Assembly (NCBI RefSeq): GCF_009914755.1
Contig: NC_060930.1
DNA length: 64,000 bases
Origin: the human T2T-CHM13v2.0 reference genome, Homo sapiens
Direction: 5' to 3' (one strand)
Part shown: piece after piece, positions 53,945 through 64,000 of the stretch
Layout of the letters: each line of letters starts with the position of its first letter
How positions within the stretch are numbered: the first letter of the stretch is position 1
Program-made: the position numbers and the translations under genes
Notes under the pieces: generated by a model
The model's input: the letters and a program-made list of their open reading frames with translations, nothing else
What the model was told of the DNA's origin: nothing
Databases searched by the model: none

Positions 53945-54090
53945 TCTACTTTCAAATCATATGATCTTGGACATGTTACTCTCTGTGCTTCAGTTTTCTC
54001 ACCTATTAATTGGAAATGAAAAGAGTAACAAGGACTTGTTACACATTTTAAGTAAGTGAATATCTCTAAAGCAGTAGCATATGGAAGCTC
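53945..54090 (+). mobile_element. MIR fragment
   Basis: TGATCTTGGACATGTTACTCTCTGTGCTTCAGTTTTCTCACCTATTAATTGG core. Confidence 0.7.
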
Positions 54091-54368
54091 TGTGCTTATA
54101 AGAGTCAAGTTGGGATTTTAATTTTTACCTTTTACATGAAAACAGGAGAAGAAAAAAGATTTGAAAACATAAATATATCCAACGAATATAAATTAAATAT
54201 AAAGTTTTGTTATAATTTAAGTCAACATTCCCTTCAAAAAGTAATAAAAATTAATATTTTGCAACTAAATTCCTGATGGAAAAGAATTAAATTAAAATGT
54301 AATTAATAAAAATTATTTCTTGTTCACTGAGTCATAAAACTTTTTTTCTTTAAAATATTTATTTTCCC

Positions 54369-54372
<4 letters not shown>

Positions 54373-54403
<31 letters not shown>

Positions 54404-54412
54404 TATGTGTGT

Positions 54413-54456
<44 letters not shown>
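54373..54456. repeat. Interrupted (TG)n microsatellite
   Basis: About 40 TG units with a few substitutions. Confidence 0.97.
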
Positions 54457-54457
<1 letters not shown>

Positions 54458-55296
54458 TTAACAACCCAACCCAACATTTAGTCATAAAAATAAACTGTTT
54501 TTATAATTTTCCTGGTTTGGGCTTTATTATTGCTAATTTTGCCATTTTATATCTTTGTGTTATCTGTGATAAAAGCTATGTAACCAGGATGCATTTCACT
54601 GTTATTAGTATCATAAAAGTTCAGTAATATAAGCATTAAGTACTGTGCACTAAATAGTTAACATCTATAATTAAAAATAAAATTTATAACTTTTAAGTCT
54701 CTGATCTTTCTAGAGGTGATTTATAATCTGACTTTTCTACCTTTTGTCAAATTGAACATAATATTTAGAGGGGCTTTCAGGGCTGTAGAACGCTGTTAGT
54801 AAATAAATTATCATTTATCACATGATAAACATTATGCACCAAAGTACCAACAACTCTTCAAATCATTACTAGAGCTTTCAATAGGTCAAACCCACCATTC
54901 TCTAAGGTTTTACAATTATATTATTGTATGAAACATATGCTGTGAAACAATTCTATTAAATCTCAGATACAGGACAGGGCCTGTATGAAGAAAAAATCTA
55001 CTCTCTTACACAGGAATTTAATTTGTGGTACTATTAAGGTAACTTAGGTTTATATCTTTTGAACTCACTGTGAAAAATTACAGAGGACTTTATAAACTTT
55101 TATTTTTAGTCAATTTTCCATAAGATAATTTCTTCAAATATATACTTTGATATATATTTTGAAGATCATTCCTTCAAAACATACTAATAAATGTAACATC
55201 ACAATACTTTTTTAAAGGATATGAAAATGCTTCTAGATTTTGATGGGTAATATATCAGGCTTGCATGTTAATCAGATATTATTAACCAAGATAAGA

Positions 55297-58200
55297 TGAT
55301 GCAGAGCAAGATGGCTGAATAGAAGCCTTCACAGATCATCCTCCCCACAGGAACACCAAGTTGAATAACTATATCCACACAAAGAAGCTTCCACATAAGA
55401 ACCAAAATCAGGTGAGTGATAACAGTACCTGCTTGTAACTTCATATCATTGAAAGAGGCACTGAGGCAGGTAGAAAAGACAGTCTTGAATCACTGATATC
55501 ATTGCCTCCCCCACCCCCTGGCAGTGGCTACAGGGCACAGAGAAAGAATCCGTGTGCTTGGGTGAGGAAGAGTACAGCGATTGTGGGACTTTGCATGGGA
55601 ACCTAGTGCTGCCCTATCACAGTGGAAAGCAACACAGGGTACAACTCAGCCAGCACCTATGAAGGGAGCATTTAGACCAGACCTAGCCACAAGGGAATCA
55701 CCCATTTCAAGGATTGAAATCTGAGTTCTGGCAAGCCCTGCCACCTCAGGCTAAAGTGATCTGGGGTATTAAATAAACTTGAAAGACAGTCTGGGCAACA
55801 AGGCCTGCAGTTCCTGGGCAAGTTCTGGTGCTATGCAGGGCTCAGAGCCAGGGAACTTGGGATGCACACCGACTAGTGAGATATCAGCTATGGCAGCCAA
55901 AAGAGTGCTTGCCCCATTGCTCTCCTAACCTGGAGAAGCTCAGCTTGCAGCTCTGGAAGAGACTCCTTCCCTCTGCTTGAGGAGAGAGAGGGAAGAGTAA
56001 AGAGGACTTTGTCTTGCAACTTGGAAACCATCTCAGCCACAGTAGCAAAGGGCAATAAGCAAAGTCCTGAGGCTTCCATATCAAGCCGTAGCTTCCAGAT
56101 GACATTTCCAGACACATGCTGGGCCAAAAGGGAACCCACTGCACTGAAGCAAAGGACCCAGTCCTAACAATATTCATCACATGCTGACTAAAGAGACATT
56201 GGGCCCTGAATAAGCAGCAGTGGTATCCAGGCAGGACTCACTGCAGGCTCTGAGTGAGATTCAGAGATGTGCTGGCTTCTGGTGTGACCCAGCACATTCC
56301 CAGCTGTGGTGGCTATGAGAAAAAGAGAGGGAAGGCTAATGGAGACTTTGTTTTGCAGCTTAGATACCAGCTCAGCCACAGTGGGGTAAAGAACCAAGTG
56401 GGCTCTTGGGCGTCCCAATTCCAGGCCCTGGCTTTTAGATGGCATTTCTGAACCTGCCTGCATGAGAGGAGATCCCACTGCCCTGATGGAAGAGTCCCAG
56501 GCCTAGAAGCATTCACTACAAGCTGAGTGAAGAGCCCTTGGGCCTTGAGTGAACATTGGTGATAGCTAGGTAGTACGTGTCACAGCCCTGGGATGTTGGT
56601 GGCCACAGAGAAAGACTCCTCTACTTGTGGAAAGGGGAGGGAAGAGGGAAAAGAACTTTATCTTGTGGCTTGGAGGCCAATGCAGCCACTGTAGAATACA
56701 GCAACGTGTAGATTCCTAACATCTCTGATTCTAGCTCCTGGCTACCAGACAGCATCTTCAGACCCATGCAGTACTTGGGGGGGATCTTGTTACCCCGAAG
56801 AAAAGGACATAAGCCTGGTAGCTTTGCCACCTCCTGATTGTAGAGCCCTAGCACCTTAAGTTAACATAAGCAGTAGCCAGGCAGTAGTTACCATGGGCCA
56901 TGGACGAGATCCAGTGTTATGCTGGCTTCAGGTCTGACCTAGTGCAGTCCTAGTTGGGGTAGCCACAGGGGTGCTTGTGTCACTGCTTCCCCAGCTCCAG
57001 GCAGCTCGGTACAGAGAGAGAGGGGCTTTGTTTGGGAGAAAGTAAGGGATGAGAACAAGAGTCTGCCTGGGAATCTACAGAATTCCTCTGTATCTTATCC
57101 AAGACCAAACAGGTGCTACCTCTATGAGTCTTCAAGAATCACAGCATTGCTAGGCTTAATGCAGATACAGCTGCAGTGACCAAAGACTTAGATCACAAAA
57201 CCCAAGTCCTTTTGAATACCTGGAGAGCCTTCCCAAGAAGGATTGGTACAAACAAATGCAGACTGTGAAGACTACAATAAATACCTAAATCTTCAATGTG
57301 AAGACATTTATAAACATCTACAAGCATCAAGACCATCCAGGAAAACATGACCTCACAGGATGAACTAAATAAGGCATCAGGGACCAATCCCAGAGAGACA
57401 GAGATATGTGACCTTTCATACAGATAATCCAAAATACTGTTTTGAGGAAACTCAACAAAATCCAAGATAGCAAGATGGCACAGAGATGGAATTCAGAATA
57501 CTATTAGATAAATTTAACAAAGAGATTGAAATAAAAAGAATCAAGCAAAATTCTGGTGCTGAAAAATGCAATTGACATACTGAAGAAGCATCAAGATCTC
57601 TTAAAAGCAAAATTCATAAAGGAGAAGAAAGAATTAGTAAACTTTATGAAAGCCTATTTGAAAATATATAGTCAGAGGAGACAAAAGAAAAAAATAAAAA
57701 TGAATAAAGCACATGTACAAGAGCTAGAAAAAAGGGCAAATCTAAGAGTTATTAGCCTTAAAGTGGAGATAGAGAAAGAAATAGGAAAATTTTATTCAAA
57801 GACATAACAACAGAGGAATTTTCAAACCTAGAGAAAGATATCAATATTCAAGTACAAGAAGATTATAGAACACCAAGCAGATTTAACCCAAAGAAGACTA
57901 TATCAAGATATTTAATAATCAAACTTCCAAAGGTCAAGGGTAAAGAAAGCAGCAAGAGAAAAGAAACAAATAACATATAATGGAGCTCCATTAAGTGTGG
58001 CAGGAGATTTTTCAGTGGAAAATTTATAGGCTGGAGAGTGGCATGACATATTTAAAGTGCTCAAGGAGAGAAAAAAAAACAACAACATTTATTCTAGAAT
58101 TGTCTATCCAGAAAAAAAATCCCTCAAAAATTAACAAGAAATAAGCAGTTTCCCAGACAAACAAAAGCTGGGAGGGATTTCATCAACATCATAACTGTCA

Positions 58201-59700
58201 TACAAGAAATGCTAATGGGAGTTCTTCAATTTGAAAACAAAAAGATGTTAATGGGCAATAGGAAATAATCTGAAGGCATAGAATTCACTAGTAATAGTAA
58301 ATACACTGAAAAACAGAACATTATAACACTGTAATTGTGGTGTATAAACTAATATCTCAAGTAGAAAGATTAAAAGGTAAACCAATCAAAATAATAACTA
58401 CAACTTTTCAAAACAGTACAATCAGATATAAATATAAAAGAACAGAAATATAAAAAGGGGGGACAAAGTTCAAGTGTAGAATTTTTATTAGTTTACTCTT
58501 TGCTTACTTGTTAGCTAGTGTGTGCAATCAGTGTTAAATTGTCATCAGTTTAAAATAATGGGTTGTAACATATTATTTGCAAGCTTCACAGTAACCTCAA
58601 AACAACAAACATATAACAGATACACAAAATAAAAAGCAAGAAATTAAAACATGCACCAGAGAAAATCACCTTCATTAGAAGGGAGACAGGAAGGAAGAAA
58701 AGAAGAAAGAGTAGACCACAATACCACCTGTAACATGTGTGTGTATTTGTTACATGAAAAGATGAAACAAAATGGCAAGAGTAAGTTCTTACTTATCAAT
58801 AATAACCTTGAATATGAATACATGGAACTCTTCAATCAAAAGGCACAGAAGTGCTTAATGTATTAAAAAACATAAGATCTAACAATCTATTGCTTATAAG
58901 AAACAAATTTACCTATAAAGACATACATAGCCTCCAAATAAAGGAATGGAAAAAGATATTACATATAAGTGGAAACCAAAAAAGAGCAGGAGTAGCTCTA
59001 GTTATATCAGACAAAAGAGGTTTCATGACAAAACAATATAAAACAAAAGTCATTATATTATATGCCCCAACACTGGAACATTCCAGATATATAAAGCAAA
59101 TATTATAACTAAAGAGAGAGCTGAACCTTAATACAGTAATAGCTAAAAATTTTAACACCCTACTTTCAGTATTAGAGGGATCACCTAGACAGAAAAATCA
59201 ACATAGAAACATTGGACGTAATCTGTACTATAGACCAAATGGACCTGAAAAATATTTACAGGATATTTTATCTAATGGCTGCAGAATATATTCTCCTCAT
59301 CGCACAAATTATTCTCAAGGATAGACAACATTTTACACAAAATGAGACTTAAAACATTGAAAAAATTGAGATTATATCAAATATCTTCTCTGACCATAAT
59401 GGAGTAAGGCTAGAAATCAATAATGAGTTTGGGAATCTATACAACTACATGGCAATTAAACAATATGCCACTGAATGACCAGTGGGTAAATGAAAAAATT
59501 AAGAAGGAAAATGAAATTTTTTTGAAATGAATAACAGAAACACAACATTCCAAAACCTGTGAGATACAGTGAATGCAGTACTAAGAGGGAAGTCTATATC
59601 TCTAAGTGCTTACATCAAAGAAGTAAAAAACTTCAAATAACCCAAAAAAACTAGAAAAGTAAGAGCAGACCAAACCCCAAATTAGTAGAAGAAAAAATAA
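55297..59700 (+). mobile_element. 5' half of an old L1 (L1M1/L1MA1-4/L1PB-type): about 2-kb 5'UTR, ORF1 (about 57347-58250), long spacer, ORF2 start (about 58772)
   Basis: GAGCAAGATGGCTGAATAGAAGCC start; three AGGGAAG...ACTTT.T.TTG...CAGCCAC repeat units (about 55990, 56328, 56638); EN-like WKKILHISGNQKRAGVA; cut by the younger L1 at 59701. Confidence 0.88.
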
Positions 59701-60744
59701 AGGGTAGAGCCAAGATGGCTGAATGGGAACAGCTCTGGTCTACAGCTCCCAGCATGAGCGATGCAGAAGATGAGTGATTTCTGCACTTCCATCTAAGGTA
59801 CCGGGCTCATCTCACTAGGGAGTGCCAGGCAGTGGGTGCAGGACAGTGGGTACAGCACATTGTGCATGAGCCAAAGCAGGGCGAGGCACTGCGTCACTTG
59901 GGAAGTGCAAGGGGTCAGGGAGTTCTCTTTCCTAGTCAAAGAAAGGAGTGACAGATGGCACCTGGAAAATCGGGTCACTCCTACCCTAATACTGCGCTTT
60001 TCCAAAAGGCTTAAAAAACGGCACACCAGGAGATTATATCCCGCACATGGCTCAGAGGGTCCTACGCCCACAGAGTCTCACTGATTGCTAGCACAGCAGC
60101 TGAGATCAAACTGCAAGGTGGCAGCGAGGCTGGGGGAGGGGCGCCTGCCACTGCCCAGGCTTGATAAGGAAAACAAAGCCACCGGGAAGCTCAAACTGGG
60201 TGGAGCCCACCACAGCACAAGGAGGCCTACCTACCTCTGTAGGCTCCACCTCTGGGGGCAGGGCACAGACAAACAAAAAGATAGCAGTAACCTCTGCAGA
60301 CTTAAATGTCCCTGTCTGACAGCTTTGAAGAGAGTAGTCATTCTCCCAGCACACAGCTGGAGATCTGAGAGCCGGCAGACTGCCTCCTCAAGTGGGTCCT
60401 GGAGCCCCGAGCAGCCTAACTGGGAGGCATCCCCCAGTAGGGGCAGACTGACACCTCACACGGCAGGGTACTCCTTTGAGACAAAACTTCCAGAGGAATG
60501 ATCAGGCAGCAGCATTTGCGGGTCATCAAAATCCGCTGTTCTACAGCCACCACTGTTCTGCAGCCACCGCTGCTGACACCCAGGCAAAAAGGGTCTGGAG
60601 TGGACCTCTGGCAAACTCCAACAGACCTGCAGCTGAGGGTACTGTCTGTTAGAAGGAAAACTAACAAACAGAAAGGACATACACACCAAAAACCCATCTG
60701 TACATCACCACCATCAAAGACCAAAAGTAGATAAAACCACAAAG

Positions 60745-61760
60745 ATGGGGAAAAAACAGAGCAGAAAAACTGGAAACTCCAAAAAGCAGAGTGCCTCTCC
60801 TCCTCCAAAGGAACGCAGCTCCTCACCAGCAATGGAACAAAGCTGGATGGAGAATGACTTTGACGAGTTGAGAGAAGAAGGCTTCAGACAATCAAACAAC
60901 TCTGAGCTACAAGAGGAAATTCAAACCAATGGCAAAGAAGTTAGAAACCTTGAAAAAAATTAGACGAATGGATAACTAGAATAAGCAATGCAGAGAAGTC
61001 CTTAAAGGAGCTGATGGAGCTGAAAGCCAAGGCTTGAGAACTTCATGAAGAATGCAGAAGCCTCAGGAGCTGATGCAATCAACTGGAAGAAAGGGTATCA
61101 GTGATGGAAGACGAAATGAATGAAATGAAGTGAGAAGAGAAGTTTAGAGAAAAAAGAAAGAAAATAAATGAACAAAGCCTCCAAAAAATACGGGACTATG
61201 TGAAAAGACCAAATCTACATCTGATGGGTGTACCTGAAAGTGACGGGGAGAATTGAACCAAGTTGGAAAACACCCTGCAGGATATTATCCCGGAGAACTT
61301 CCCCAATCTAGCAAGACAGGCCAACATTCAGATTCAGGAAATACAGAGAATGCCACAAAGATACTCCTCGAGAAGAGCAACTCCAAGACGCATAATTGTC
61401 AGATTCACCAAAGTTGAAATGAAGGAAAAAATGTTAAGGGCAGCCAGAGAGAAAGGTCGGGTTACCCACAAAGGGAAGCCCATCAGACTAACAGCAGATC
61501 TCTCAGCAGAAACTCTACAAGCCAGAAGAGAGTGGGGGCCAATATTCAACATTCTTAAAGAAAAGAATTTTCAACCCAGAATTTCATATCCAGCCAAACT
61601 AAGCTTCATAAGTGAAGGAGAAATAAAATCCTTTACAGACAAGCAAATGCTGAGAGATTTTGTCAACACCAGGCCTGCCCTAAAAGAGCTCCTGAAGGAA
61701 GCAGTAAACATAGAAAGGAACAACCGGTACCAGCCACTGCAAAAACATGCCAAAATGTAA
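60745..61760 (+). pseudogene. L1 ORF1p, disrupted
   Basis: Fragments 60745-60963 and 61263-61760 (...RYQPLQKHAKM*), separated by a frameshift and stops. Confidence 0.95.
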
Positions 61761-61823
61761 AGACCATAAAGGCTAGGAAGAAACTGCATCAACTAACGAG
61801 CAAAATAACCAGCTAACATCATG

Positions 61824-64000
<2,177 letters not shown>

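Noticed and set aside
58729-58754. TGTAACA...TGTTACA inverted repeat in the L1 spacer
   Set aside because: Arms are only 7 bp, which is expected by chance.

Overview
AT-rich primate (very likely human) intergenic or intronic DNA dominated by transposable elements. I recognise no host protein-coding gene, RNA gene or CRISPR array, and nearly all ORF-track hits are retroelement-derived or chance ORFs. Main content: a full-length THE1 MaLR (7082-9424, -), a full-length L1PA4/5-like element with a perfect 14-bp TSD (31710-37842, +), a near-complete decayed HERV9/LTR12 provirus with gag-pro-pol-env (41258-51029, -), an old L1M with a long 5'UTR (from about 55297) interrupted by an L1PA3/4-like element that runs off the window (59701-64000), three Alus plus an Alu monomer, and MLT1, MST, MER67-like, LTR37-like, MER3, MER47, MIR, L2 and old L1M fragments. 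Family names come from recalled consensus motifs, not a database search. I found no convincing novel multi-gene system. The most unusual signals are a pre-miRNA-like hairpin of about 35 bp inside an old L1 3' end (18640-18720), a roughly 180-bp templated duplication inside a TA-rich tract (39343-39521, copied from 40360-40544), an L1 ORF0 frame that stays open to the element's 5' end apart from one stop, discordant HERV9 LTRs, a consensus DUX4 site in THE1, and three weak + strand exon candidates.
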